This document shows, piece by piece, positions 16,771-26,336 of a stretch of 64,000 nt of DNA. A program made the translations under genes and the position numbers. Within the stretch, counting starts at the first letter, position 1, and each line of letters starts with the position of its first letter. This stretch comes from Candidatus Saccharimonadales bacterium (GTDB lineage: Bacteria > Patescibacteriota > Saccharimonadia > Saccharimonadales > Saccharimonadaceae): positions 319 through 64,318 of the forward strand of contig JAZQPT010000015.1 of the NCBI GenBank assembly GCA_045628725.1, in the 5' to 3' direction. The notes under the pieces were generated by a model that was not told the DNA's origin, did no database searches, and saw nothing but the letters and a program-made list of their open reading frames with translations.

Positions 16771-18873
16771 TTATTTTGCTGATACTGAATAGTGGGCTTC
16801 GATGTCGTGGCTACTGGTCTCGTTGGCGATACCGCGAATATTGAGGTAATTGATTGCGCGGTGGCCTGATGAACGCAGTGATCGTTCCGCCAGATCACGC
16901 ATGTAGCCTGCCAGCTCGTCGGGATGTTTGGCTAGGATCGCGTCGAGTTTGATAGCCGATTGTTCTTTGTATTTTGAGTACAAATCAACAACTTTCCCGT
17001 ATGCATGTGGCAAAAAGACCGGGCTGCCGTATCTGGTCTGCATTTCGTCGAGGGTCTTGAGGGCTTTACGCGCGATAATCATCTGGGCGCGGTAGTACTG
17101 GAGCTGCTCTTCCGAGTTGTAGCCTTTGCGGCTTTTTTCAAATGGTGACTGTACAAACAGAACCAGGCGATCAAAGATATCTTTGCGGTCAGTGTAGAGC
17201 GATGGGTCGATATCTTCATGCTGAGCATGTTCGATCTTTTCACGCTGCAGGGTGAGCTTGCCCTTTATAGCGCGGTATACTTTTTCTGACACTTCTTCAT
17301 TGACATACAGTTCCTTTAGATAGTGTTCTTCGACGTCAATTGCCGTCAGGTGCAGGGACTGCTCGAATACTTTAATACTGTGCTCCTTGAGCAAGTCATC
17401 ACGGCGGGCGTATGCTTCGTGCGCTTTTGTAACCAGTTTGTCTTTGAGGATGGCGTATTCCGTTTCGCGGACGAATCCACGTGTTTTCTGTGTATCGAAC
17501 CGAGCCTGCTCGGTTAGTAGATAGTAAATGCCGAGGTCGACTTCATGCGCTTGGTCAATAGCCCGTGGTTGGTTCAGGTGGTAGCGTTCTATGAGCGGCT
17601 TGATCGTAAGTGCCTTGACGAATAGTGTCGCAAGGATACAACCAATCGTGAGCGCGAGTACAAAGTCACGGAGTGAATAGGCGTATTCCCAGCCCGGAAC
17701 GCTCAAATCTTCGGGGATAAGCATGACGATGATAATCGCTAGTGCACCGCGTAGACTTCCCCACGCCAACAATCGTCGCCAATGTGCAGGTATGGGCGCT
17801 TCGAGTTTTGTGAGGTTTAGCGGCACAACAACAGCGTAGACGGCGATGATACGAGCCGTAGCAACGATGATAATCGTCGCCAAGATCGGCAGCCATAACT
17901 CGCCGAGGTCGATTTTGGTGCTAGCGAATAACATACCGGCTAACAGGAATACAAGTGAGTTGGCGATGAATGCTAGATGCTCAACCGATTTCTCTAGATA
18001 ATGATCTGTTCGTGGTGACAAAATATGCCGCGCATAGTTACCAAGGAATAGTGCGGCAACTGTCGTGGCTATAATTGGTGAAACGTGAATATGTAGCCCA
18101 AAGATACCATTTGCGTTGATTGCTTCGCTCGTAACGAACACGAGGTGTGCCGAGATGATTAGCAGTGTGACCGACACGAATTCGTTTGATTTTGTGTAGC
18201 GAAGAGCCCGAGAGAACAAACTGGCCATCACAAGACCGACGATAATTCCCGAAACAACCATCGTTACGAACATTAGTACGCCGTCAAAGACGGTCGTTGC
18301 GCCGTTAAATCCGTTCTCTAGGATCGCCAATATAACAAGAAATAGTGCCACGGCCGTTCCGTCATTAAACAGACTTTCGCCTTCAAAAATAAGTGACAAT
18401 CGTTTTGGTGCGCCGTAATCCTTGAACAGCGCTAGTACCGCCACAGGGTCGGTTGACGAAATGATCGCCCCGAATAATAGTGTCACGATAAATGGAATAT
18501 GTAGCCCAACAAGTGGCAAAACGAAATACAGTGCAGTAGCAATGATGACTGTTGATATCATCAGACCGACGACGGCAAGCAGCGTGATGGACCAGGCACT
18601 CTCGACCATTTGGCGCACCTTCATGTTAAAGGCGGATTCGAATATGAGAATCGGCAAAAAGATGAAGAAAAGTAAATTCGGCGTCAGGACAAGATCGTCA
18701 AGAAATCCAAATACGGGGGCTAAAAACGGCAACTGTACGATAGGTACCAGTAGCAACCCTACTATTACAAGTAAAACCGTGTATGGAATACGAATACGCT
18801 TTGCTATAAAAAATACTGCCGATGCGATTGCAAGCAGCGAAAACAGTGCCAAAACTGACGTGATACTGAGCAT
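16771..18873 (-). CDS. Na+/H+ (cation/proton) antiporter, CPA1/NhaP-like, with a long cytoplasmic C-terminal domain
   Basis: About 420-aa polytopic N-terminal region with typical exchanger helices, plus a roughly 280-aa soluble tail. Confidence 0.8.
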   Translation of the reverse strand: MLSITSVLALFSLLAIASAVFFIAKRIRIPYTVLLVIVGLLLVPIVQLPFLAPVFGFLDDLVLTPNLLFFIFLPILIFESAFNMKVRQMVESAWSITLLAVVGLMISTVIIATALYFVLPLVGLHIPFIVTLLFGAIISSTDPVAVLALFKDYGAPKRLSLIFEGESLFNDGTAVALFLVILAILENGFNGATTVFDGVLMFVTMVVSGIIVGLVMASLFSRALRYTKSNEFVSVTLLIISAHLVFVTSEAINANGIFGLHIHVSPIIATTVAALFLGNYARHILSPRTDHYLEKSVEHLAFIANSLVFLLAGMLFASTKIDLGELWLPILATIIIVATARIIAVYAVVVPLNLTKLEAPIPAHWRRLLAWGSLRGALAIIIVMLIPEDLSVPGWEYAYSLRDFVLALTIGCILATLFVKALTIKPLIERYHLNQPRAIDQAHEVDLGIYYLLTEQARFDTQKTRGFVRETEYAILKDKLVTKAHEAYARRDDLLKEHSIKVFEQSLHLTAIDVEEHYLKELYVNEEVSEKVYRAIKGKLTLQREKIEHAQHEDIDPSLYTDRKDIFDRLVLFVQSPFEKSRKGYNSEEQLQYYRAQMIIARKALKTLDEMQTRYGSPVFLPHAYGKVVDLYSKYKEQSAIKLDAILAKHPDELAGYMRDLAERSLRSSGHRAINYLNIRGIANETSSHDIEAHYSVSAK

Positions 18874-19133
18874 AAAACTTCCCTCTTTTTTTATTTGTTT
18901 TCTCTCGTTCGTTTTTTACTATACGCTCATGCTGTTTCTGGCGCAATATGATAAATTGCCGATGTTTTTTGTGTGGCTTAATCGACATAATAGCTGCATA
19001 GCAGTAAGCTCCTTTCTTGGTTTACTTTCGTTTGGCAACGGCGCGCCTAATGGAGGGTATTTTAATTTTTAGGATAATATTTTTAGTGTTGAAATGTCAC
19101 AACGGCGAAAATTGCGGTATAATAGTACTAACA

Positions 19134-21392
19134 ATGAGCAACTTCACTACAGTAATTATTTCAAATCGCCTTCCCGTCAGCGTATCAAAAAAAGATGGTA
19201 AATTAGTATTTGATACCAGTAGTGGTGGACTAGCAACAGCGATGAGCTCGCTCGAGGTAGAAGATAAAGTATGGGTCGGCTGGCCTGGTATTGACGCGGA
19301 CACGCTAACAGATGCGGAACGTAGCGAAATCACCGAAGAGTTGGAAAAGCGCGGCTGTTATCCGGTGTTTTTGACATCAAAAGAAGTCGAACTTTATTAT
19401 GAAGGCTACGCAAATGATACACTTTGGCCACTATTTCATTACTTCCAGAGTGTCGCAAGTTACCAGGCAGACTATTGGGATGCGTACAAAGCAGTTAATC
19501 AGCGATTTGCTGACGTAACGGCGCAGGTGGCGGCCGAACGCGCACGAATTTGGATTCAGGATTATCACTTCATGCTGCTACCGGGCATGCTGCGCGAACA
19601 GTTGCCAAGCACGACGATCGGGTTCTTTTTGCACATCCCCTTCCCTAGTTTTGAAATATTCCGTCTGCTTCCTCAACGTAAAGAAATACTTAATGGGCTA
19701 TTAGGTGCGGATGTCATAGGGTTTCATGTATTTGACTATGCGCAGCACTTCCTCGACAGCTGCCTGCGTTTGTTAGGCAAGCCGTCGTCAAACGCTACGT
19801 TAGTACATGAGGGTCGAATCGTCAAAGCTTCTGCCTACCCTATTGGCATCGACTTCGAAAAGTTCCGTAAGCAACTGACGACAAGAGAGACAAAAGACGC
19901 GCTAAAGCAGCTTGATGAAGCCCATGAAAAGCAAAAATTGATTTTATCAGTCGACCGATTAGATTATTCAAAGGGAATTCCTGAGCGTCTAGAGGCATTC
20001 CGACTTCTACTCGAAGAACATCCCGAATATCATGGCAAAATAAAACTGCAAATGATTGCCGTTCCGTCGCGTACCGGTGTACAGGCTTATCAAATGTTGC
20101 GTGATGAAATAGAAATGACTGTCAGTCGTATTAACGGGACATATGGCACGGTAGACTGGGCGCCGATTTCGTATCAATTCCAGAACAGGCCCTTTAGTGA
20201 AGTTGTTGCGCTATATGCCAAGGCCGATATTATGCTAGTGACGCCAATTCGTGATGGTATGAATTTAGTGGCCAAAGAATATGTCGCTAGTAAAAACCGT
20301 CGCCGCGGTGTACTGATTTTGAGCGAAATGGCCGGTGCTATTGACGAAATGCCTGAGTCGATTAGTATTAACCCTAATAATGCTCCGTCAGTCGCTGAGG
20401 CTATTCATATGGCACTGTCAATGCCAGTAAAAGAACAGATGAGCCGTTTAAAGGCGATGCAAGAACGATTAAGTGTCGCAACGGTACAAAACTGGGGCAA
20501 AGAATTTATGGATGATTTGGACGCCGCAGCTTCGCACGAAAGTTCGTCGAAAAAACAGCTTTCTCCTACGCAGCGACAACGACTTGTAACGCGGTATCGA
20601 ACGGCAGAACATCGCCTGATATTGCTAGATTATGACGGCACACTTCGTAATTTTGTAAAAACACCATCACCACTGGCTGCAGCGCCGACGCTACGTATTC
20701 GCCGAATTATTAAACAATTAACCGATCAGCCTAATACGACGGTTGCGATTATTAGTGGACGACCACGACGAGCACTATCAAGTTGGTTTGTTGGTTTGCC
20801 TGTGTTGCTTGCTGCAGAGCACGGTGCTTGGACCCGCTATGGCAAACGATGGCAGCAAATTGATAGTGATTTCAAAAAAGACAAAAAACGTATCCGTACT
20901 GTAATGCAAAAATATACGGATCGCACCGAGGGATCATTGATTGAAGAAAAGGACCATGCGCTGGTGTGGCACTATGCGAACGTAGAGCCAGATGTTGCCT
21001 ATAAACGCGCTAGTGAGTTGCGACGTGAGTTAAATAAAATGCTCGAAGACGAAGAGATCGCTATTCACGAAGGCCATAATATCGTTGAAGTAAAGCCAAG
21101 TCATATCGCTAAATCGAACGTAGTACGAGAACTAAAGCAAGAGTTCCCATCGGATTTCGTGTTATGTGCAGGTGATGATTATACCGACGAAGACATGTTC
21201 CGAGAATTACAAGATGACCGGGCTGCAGTGACTATTAAAGTGGGTGCCGGCGAAACGACAGCCCGACATGCGGTAGCAAATCCTGGTCAGCTTTTGAAAC
21301 TGCTCGACGATCTGTCGCCTGGGTCTACGTTAGCGCTGCCATCTATCCCGAAAAAATTGCCATCCAAAATATCACGATGGTTCCGTAAGTAG
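19134..21392 (+). CDS. bifunctional trehalose-6-phosphate synthase / phosphatase (OtsA-OtsB fusion)
   Basis: OtsA-like IWIQDYHFMLLPGMLR in the N-terminal half. HAD motifs LILLDYDGTL and GDDYTDEDMF in the C-terminal half. Start set to ATG 19134 (MSNFTTVIISNRLP). Confidence 0.85.
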   Translation: MSNFTTVIISNRLPVSVSKKDGKLVFDTSSGGLATAMSSLEVEDKVWVGWPGIDADTLTDAERSEITEELEKRGCYPVFLTSKEVELYYEGYANDTLWPLFHYFQSVASYQADYWDAYKAVNQRFADVTAQVAAERARIWIQDYHFMLLPGMLREQLPSTTIGFFLHIPFPSFEIFRLLPQRKEILNGLLGADVIGFHVFDYAQHFLDSCLRLLGKPSSNATLVHEGRIVKASAYPIGIDFEKFRKQLTTRETKDALKQLDEAHEKQKLILSVDRLDYSKGIPERLEAFRLLLEEHPEYHGKIKLQMIAVPSRTGVQAYQMLRDEIEMTVSRINGTYGTVDWAPISYQFQNRPFSEVVALYAKADIMLVTPIRDGMNLVAKEYVASKNRRRGVLILSEMAGAIDEMPESISINPNNAPSVAEAIHMALSMPVKEQMSRLKAMQERLSVATVQNWGKEFMDDLDAAASHESSSKKQLSPTQRQRLVTRYRTAEHRLILLDYDGTLRNFVKTPSPLAAAPTLRIRRIIKQLTDQPNTTVAIISGRPRRALSSWFVGLPVLLAAEHGAWTRYGKRWQQIDSDFKKDKKRIRTVMQKYTDRTEGSLIEEKDHALVWHYANVEPDVAYKRASELRRELNKMLEDEEIAIHEGHNIVEVKPSHIAKSNVVRELKQEFPSDFVLCAGDDYTDEDMFRELQDDRAAVTIKVGAGETTARHAVANPGQLLKLLDDLSPGSTLALPSIPKKLPSKISRWFRK

Positions 21393-21426
21393 ATATAAAG
21401 TATATTTTTGATACTTATTTCGTATA

Positions 21427-21460
21427 TTTAAATACGCCGCAGTAAGCGGCGTATTTAAAT
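21427..21460. terminator. bidirectional terminator between otsAB-like gene (+) and rplK (-)
   Basis: AAATACGCCGC-AGTAA-GCGGCGTATTT hairpin. Confidence 0.7.
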
Positions 21461-21489
21461 ATATTTCGAATCGCGTGACTGGATATATA

Positions 21490-21915
21490 CTAGTCAGTGA
21501 TTTCGACGCCCATTGAACGAGCTGTTCCGGCGATTGTTTTGACGCGAGCGTCCATGTCGTTTCCATTAAGGAAATCTTTTTTCGCTTCAGCGATTTCTTC
21601 GAGCTGTGCGCGTGTGATTGTACCAACTTTGTCAGAGTGTGGCTTTGCACTACCCTTTTTGATGCCGATTTTTTCGCGGATAGCGTCGTCAACTGGCTGA
21701 CCAAGTGACTTCCATGCGAAAGTACGATCTTCGAAGACCTGGATATGAACGATAACGTCCTTGCCCATGTCTGCTTTTGTCGCGTCGTTGAATGGATTGA
21801 TGAAATCCATCATGTTTAGACCCCATTGACCAAGTGTTGAACCAACAGGAGGACCTGCAGTCGCACGGCCAGCTGGGATGCGTAGTTTTAGATTACCGAT
21901 AATTTTCTTTGCCAT
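21490..21915 (-). CDS. rplK: 50S ribosomal protein L11
   Basis: MAKKIIGNLKLRIPAGRATAGPPVGSTLGQWGLN. Confidence 0.95.
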   Translation of the reverse strand: MAKKIIGNLKLRIPAGRATAGPPVGSTLGQWGLNMMDFINPFNDATKADMGKDVIVHIQVFEDRTFAWKSLGQPVDDAIREKIGIKKGSAKPHSDKVGTITRAQLEEIAEAKKDFLNGNDMDARVKTIAGTARSMGVEITD

Positions 21916-21972
21916 GATATCTTTTCCTTTTGTACTAAATAATTTGAAGCATATTTAGTGCGTAACTTTACT

Positions 21973-22001
21973 ACTATAACAGATGAAGACGTGATTTTCA
22001 A
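21973..22001 (-). promoter_or_regulatory. rplK promoter, TTGAAA-17 nt-TATAGT
   Basis: Hexamers read on the minus strand, between the nusG terminator and rplK. Confidence 0.55.
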
Positions 22002-22012
22002 GCGCCTTACCC

Positions 22013-22046
22013 TAATAAAAAGAGCCCGGATGTCCAGGCTCTTTTA
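22013..22046 (-). terminator. intrinsic terminator after nusG
   Basis: AGAGCC...GGCTCT hairpin followed by TTTTTATT on the minus strand. Confidence 0.55.
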
Positions 22047-22058
22047 TCAGTATATCGT

Positions 22059-22604
22059 CTATACTTTCGTAACTTGCAGTGCGTCGAGCTCGACTGGTGT
22101 GTCACGGCCGAACATACTAACCATAACTTTGATCTTGCCCTTTGAAGTGTCGATTTCGCTAATTGCGCCGTCGAATCCTTTGAATGGACCATCGGTGATA
22201 GACACAACTTCACCTTCGCTGTAGTCGATGTGGTGCTTAGGATCTTCAACGCCCATGCGCTTCTTGATCTTTTTGATTTCACTGTCGGACACTGGTGTTG
22301 GCTCGGTGCCGCTACCAACAAATCCAGTAACACCGGGTGTGTTACGAACAATGTACCAAGTTTCATCAGTCAGCTTCATTTCAACCAAGACATAGCCCTG
22401 GAAAATTTTTGCTTCGATAACTTTACGTTTACCGTTCTTGATCTGAATTTGCTTTTCTTTTGGTACCATTACGTCGAAAATTTTGTCAGCCATGTCGACT
22501 GCGTTGATTCGCTGTCGGATGCTATCGGCTACTTTTTCTTCGTAACCACTGTATGTGTGAATGGCGTACCATTGGCGGGTGCTATCGTATCGATTGTTTG
22601 ACAT
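22059..22604 (-). CDS. nusG: transcription termination/antitermination factor NusG
   Basis: WYAIHTYSGYEEKV... NGN domain and C-terminal KOW (GEVVSITDGPFKGFDGAI). Confidence 0.95.
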   Translation of the reverse strand: MSNNRYDSTRQWYAIHTYSGYEEKVADSIRQRINAVDMADKIFDVMVPKEKQIQIKNGKRKVIEAKIFQGYVLVEMKLTDETWYIVRNTPGVTGFVGSGTEPTPVSDSEIKKIKKRMGVEDPKHHIDYSEGEVVSITDGPFKGFDGAISEIDTSKGKIKVMVSMFGRDTPVELDALQVTKV

Positions 22605-22610
22605 ATGTTC

Positions 22611-22970
22611 CTATTTTCCTAAAATTATATCGAATAAATATTGAAATGCGAGGTCCAGCAGGAGTACGAGGGCGATAAAGAAAGCAGTATATAGCAGTAC
22701 TGCAAGAGTTAATCCCCAGGTCGCCTTGCGGGTTGGCCAGCGAACTTGTTTGAGTTCGTACCATGCACCAGTGAAGTAGCTACCTATCGCAACGAATGGT
22801 CGCGCAAGTCCTTTTGCGGTTGGTTTTTTACGAACACGCGCCGGTTTTTCGACGACAACCGCTGCTTTTGCTGATTTTGTCTTTGTCGATTTCGCAGGCG
22901 TGTCGTCAACTGCTTTTATGCGAGTGACGGCCGTTTTGCTAGTCGCGCTAGCTGTCTTCTTTTGTGCCAA
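22611..22970 (-). CDS. secE: preprotein translocase subunit SecE (Lys/Ala-rich N-terminal extension)
   Basis: C-terminal ELKQVRWPTRKATWGLTLAVLLYTAFFIALVLLLD; located directly upstream of nusG. Confidence 0.85.
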   Translation of the reverse strand: MAQKKTASATSKTAVTRIKAVDDTPAKSTKTKSAKAAVVVEKPARVRKKPTAKGLARPFVAIGSYFTGAWYELKQVRWPTRKATWGLTLAVLLYTAFFIALVLLLDLAFQYLFDIILGK

Positions 22971-23067
22971 AGTTTTACTCCCAAAATTAAAAGTCTGCCT
23001 ATGCAGACTGTCAAGACCAGTATAGGTTAAATACGGGGGTTCGTCAAGCTATGGTATAGTAAATTTA

Positions 23068-24174
23068 ATGGCGATATATCTATTACTTGGGCTTGCAACG
23101 GGCGTTGTTGTGGCAGCATGGATCAGGCTTCGATCTGCGTTTGCTATATTCCGGGCGCCTATGCCCACTACCGGACCAGTCGATATTGCAGCGCTACCGA
23201 GCGTTAGTCTGTGTATTCCGGCGCGAAATGAAATGCATGCAATGACAGCATGCCTAGAAAGCGCATTGCTTTCAACGTATCCAAAACTAGAGATTATCGT
23301 TCTGGACGACGGATCACGCGACAATACGGGCCATCTTATTAAATCGTTTGCTCATTCGGGCGTACGGTTTGTAGAAGGTACGACATTGCCTGATGGCTGG
23401 TTGGGCAAAAACCACGCACTAAAAGGATTACTGAAAGAATCTAGTGGTAGTCTGGTGTTATTTAGTGACGTCGATACGCGGTTTTCGGTAAACACAATCG
23501 ACCAAATGGTGGCGTACATGCAAAGTCAGAATGCTGATATGGTGTCCGTACTACCGCTGCGTCAAAACACCATGCGTGCAAGTGCAGTATTCGCAACATT
23601 TAGGCATTTCTGGAATATCGTTGGCCATACGGCTGAACGTCCGGCCGTCGCCAGTAGCGCATGGATGATTAAGCGATCCGTTGCGATAGAACAATTCGAT
23701 AGCTTTAATGTCGTTGCACGCGACGTTCGTCCAGAAAAAACAATTGCTCGCAAATTAGGAATGAATGGTAAGTATCGATTTATTATATCTTCGGCAACCT
23801 TAGGGCTGTCGTACGAAAAGAAATTATCGTCCCAGTACGAAACAAGCTTCAGGGTCTATTATCCAGATTTTGGCGCAAAAGGAATAGTACTACGCGTTTT
23901 ACTACTGCTGCTATGTCTATTGCCCTATGTCGCCGTTGTATATGGTCTTGCCATCCAGAATATCTCACTAACACTGACGGCTTTTATTATTACGCTCGGT
24001 ATATCGGTGTGCAATGCATGGTACTTGGGTGTATTACGTTCGAATAACTACGGACTCGCCAGCCTTTGCCTGCCGTTCATCATACTGCGAGAAATTGGCT
24101 TACTGATATTGAGTGTCGTTATGTATAGACGCCATATGATCAAATGGAAAGGCCGTCCTGTTTCTATCGACTAG
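23068..24174 (+). CDS. family 2 glycosyltransferase with C-terminal TM helices
   Basis: VSLCIPARNE...IIVLDDGSRDNT...DVDT motifs. Confidence 0.8.
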   Translation: MAIYLLLGLATGVVVAAWIRLRSAFAIFRAPMPTTGPVDIAALPSVSLCIPARNEMHAMTACLESALLSTYPKLEIIVLDDGSRDNTGHLIKSFAHSGVRFVEGTTLPDGWLGKNHALKGLLKESSGSLVLFSDVDTRFSVNTIDQMVAYMQSQNADMVSVLPLRQNTMRASAVFATFRHFWNIVGHTAERPAVASSAWMIKRSVAIEQFDSFNVVARDVRPEKTIARKLGMNGKYRFIISSATLGLSYEKKLSSQYETSFRVYYPDFGAKGIVLRVLLLLLCLLPYVAVVYGLAIQNISLTLTAFIITLGISVCNAWYLGVLRSNNYGLASLCLPFIILREIGLLILSVVMYRRHMIKWKGRPVSID

Positions 24175-24188
24175 CCTGTGAAATAAAG

Positions 24189-24217
24189 CAGCCCCACCGA
24201 TAAAATCGATGGGGCTT
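24189..24217. terminator. hairpin between convergent genes (GT2 + / orphan -)
   Basis: CCCCACCGA-TAAAA-TCGATGGGG, with one mismatch. Confidence 0.4.
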
Positions 24218-24226
24218 TACGCTTGA

Positions 24227-24808
24227 TCAGGTTGCGATAGCGTTGATGCCGCGTATGACTTTCTCTGCGGCCTCTACGGTCATGACCGTTTCCAGTAGGT
24301 CGCAGGAACTGACACCTGCGAGGATCATGTCCAGACTGTGCAGGCCGCTCCAAGGCTCGCCGAGACCGTTGCGGTATTTCGATTCGACGGGGATGTATAC
24401 CTTCCCGTTCGATCCCAGATAGACGGTTCCCTTCATTGCGATACCATCGAACGTCTCATCGATGGTGAGTATCGGCCAGACCGCCAGGCGGTCGACGCGT
24501 CGCACGTGAAATTCCCTGAATAGGGATTTCAAGGTACGCTTCGGATGATACGACACGACGACTCCTCGCTGTTCACCGCCAGGCCATCCTTTTGATACAA
24601 TCCGGCTAACGGCTGTATCTGCATCCGATGCGATCGTGCCGAGCAAGGCACGTAGTATTGTTTCGTTGGACTCTCTAACTGTCTGTTCGAATAGATCGAG
24701 CGCATTGAGCACCATCCGTGGAGTCGTGATCAACGTTTTGACCGTCCGATGACGCGCACCGCTGACTGCTTCTGCGCTGGGCTTGTCGATGTGCAGTTTA
24801 GCATCCAT
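24227..24808 (-). CDS. hypothetical protein (GC-rich orphan)
   Basis: 193-aa ORF with TAAGG upstream and its own near-consensus promoter. No family recognised. Confidence 0.6.
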   Translation of the reverse strand: MDAKLHIDKPSAEAVSGARHRTVKTLITTPRMVLNALDLFEQTVRESNETILRALLGTIASDADTAVSRIVSKGWPGGEQRGVVVSYHPKRTLKSLFREFHVRRVDRLAVWPILTIDETFDGIAMKGTVYLGSNGKVYIPVESKYRNGLGEPWSGLHSLDMILAGVSSCDLLETVMTVEAAEKVIRGINAIAT

Positions 24809-24902
24809 GCATTTGCCTTACTACTAATCCTGTCAAACTCCATTCTGGAGAGTGACAGGTCGGACTAGGTCCGATTCGTCGACTCTCGACAAAACTTAAA
24901 AG

Positions 24903-24931
24903 ACTATACCACCTTGCAATTAATATGTCAA
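24903..24931 (-). promoter_or_regulatory. promoter TTGACA-17 nt-TATAGT (TGG-extended -10)
   Basis: Read on the minus strand immediately after the stop of the M48 peptidase gene. Drives the 24227-24808 ORF through an approximately 88-nt leader. Confidence 0.55.
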
Positions 24932-24937
24932 TATAAA

Positions 24938-25633
24938 CTAGATGCTGGGTGTATGGAGCTTTAGCGCTTTTCTATGAAGTTTATAGGATGGATCTTCGGT
25001 TGCGACCAGTGACCAGAACGCATCGGAATGATTCATTTGTTTTGTATGGCATAGTTCGTGGATCAGTACATAGTCGATTAATTCATGAGGCAGCTTCATT
25101 AGTGCGATATTCAAACTAATCGTGCCGTTGCTACTACAGCTACCCCATCGCCCGCTGGCATGCGAAAATCGAACACGCTCATAATCGCAGTCCATTTGGT
25201 CGGCAAGAAATGCAAGTCGCTTCGGCAGGTAGCTTTTCGCTTCGATTCGCAGTGCTAAGGTCATAACTTCACGTACCTTTGCGACAACGTCAGGGTCTGT
25301 TAGTTGTGAATCGGTTGGCAGTGATACGACGATCTGCTGTTTATGGCGCGCCACCGATGGCTCGGCTTTGGTTGATGGAATGACTACGAGCGTATGGCTT
25401 TTGCCTATGACCATGCCATTTGTCAGTTCGTAGGTAGGTTGCTGAACGTTGATCATTGTCCGTAATTGATCGCGCGAGGTTTTGATAAGACGCTTTAACA
25501 TGAATATTGGCGCATAGAGCGGCAATGATGCGCGGAGTGTTCCGTTTGGCGCTACACTTATTTTTACATGTGTTGAGCGTGAACTTCGTCGTATTGTAAT
25601 GGTGCCAAATTCTTCATCAATTATTGTTGGCAT
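24938..25633 (-). CDS. M48-family metallopeptidase-like protein (YgjP/DUF45-type)
   Basis: HExxH motif in VLIHELCHTKQMNHSDAFW. Confidence 0.75.
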   Translation of the reverse strand: MPTIIDEEFGTITIRRSSRSTHVKISVAPNGTLRASLPLYAPIFMLKRLIKTSRDQLRTMINVQQPTYELTNGMVIGKSHTLVVIPSTKAEPSVARHKQQIVVSLPTDSQLTDPDVVAKVREVMTLALRIEAKSYLPKRLAFLADQMDCDYERVRFSHASGRWGSCSSNGTISLNIALMKLPHELIDYVLIHELCHTKQMNHSDAFWSLVATEDPSYKLHRKALKLHTPSI

Positions 25634-25646
25634 GGCATCTCATCTG

Positions 25647-26255
25647 CTAATTGATCGCTATTCGACCCTGACGTGTTGGTTTTTGCACTGTTCGCGCTGC
25701 GGGACGCTCACTAACCAGGCTCATCTTAGCTGCTTTTTCGACACGGGGTTCAGTTAATTTCTTTAGTACATTTTTTGCTTGTGAAGCATAGGTGTGCTTG
25801 CCGCTAATAACGATGTAGGGGTCTGCTGGGGTCAATGGCTGGAAATGTTCAAATTGTTCGGCAAACTCGTTTTTTGTTAGGGGGCGAATATGTTTTTCTT
25901 TACCTAATCCCTTTAACGACCTCAGCTGAGCTGTATTTGGTTCGGTCTGTACCCAGATAAATAATGGCTGGTAGTCATTCGTTCGAGCAAATGACGAAAT
26001 CGTCTGTCGTTCTGCCCGTGTTGTTCCCGGACCTTCGATAAGCAGGGTTTGTTTAGTCTGTATAATTTTGCTTATCGTATAGTCCCATACTTTTTGGGCA
26101 GTACTGTCGTCTGTTGTCAGTGCGCTGATATCGTCAAACGTTAAGTAGGGTGCATTAAAGGTGTTAGAAAACTGTTGTCCGAAATAGGTTTTGCCTGCGC
26201 CCGGGATTCCCACGATAATAATCAAGTGCGGTTTCGTAAGATTTAATGACTTCAT
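25647..26255 (-). CDS. P-loop ATPase/kinase (AAA_33 / zeta-toxin-like fold class)
   Basis: Walker A IVGIPGAGKTY. No more specific assignment possible. Confidence 0.65.
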   Translation of the reverse strand: MKSLNLTKPHLIIIVGIPGAGKTYFGQQFSNTFNAPYLTFDDISALTTDDSTAQKVWDYTISKIIQTKQTLLIEGPGTTRAERQTISSFARTNDYQPLFIWVQTEPNTAQLRSLKGLGKEKHIRPLTKNEFAEQFEHFQPLTPADPYIVISGKHTYASQAKNVLKKLTEPRVEKAAKMSLVSERPAARTVQKPTRQGRIAIN

Positions 26256-26336
26256 ATATTCCTAGTATAGCAAATACGTGATAAATGACATATTACACTC
26301 GCTTTAACCATAAACAATTTGTATACTCATTAGTAT

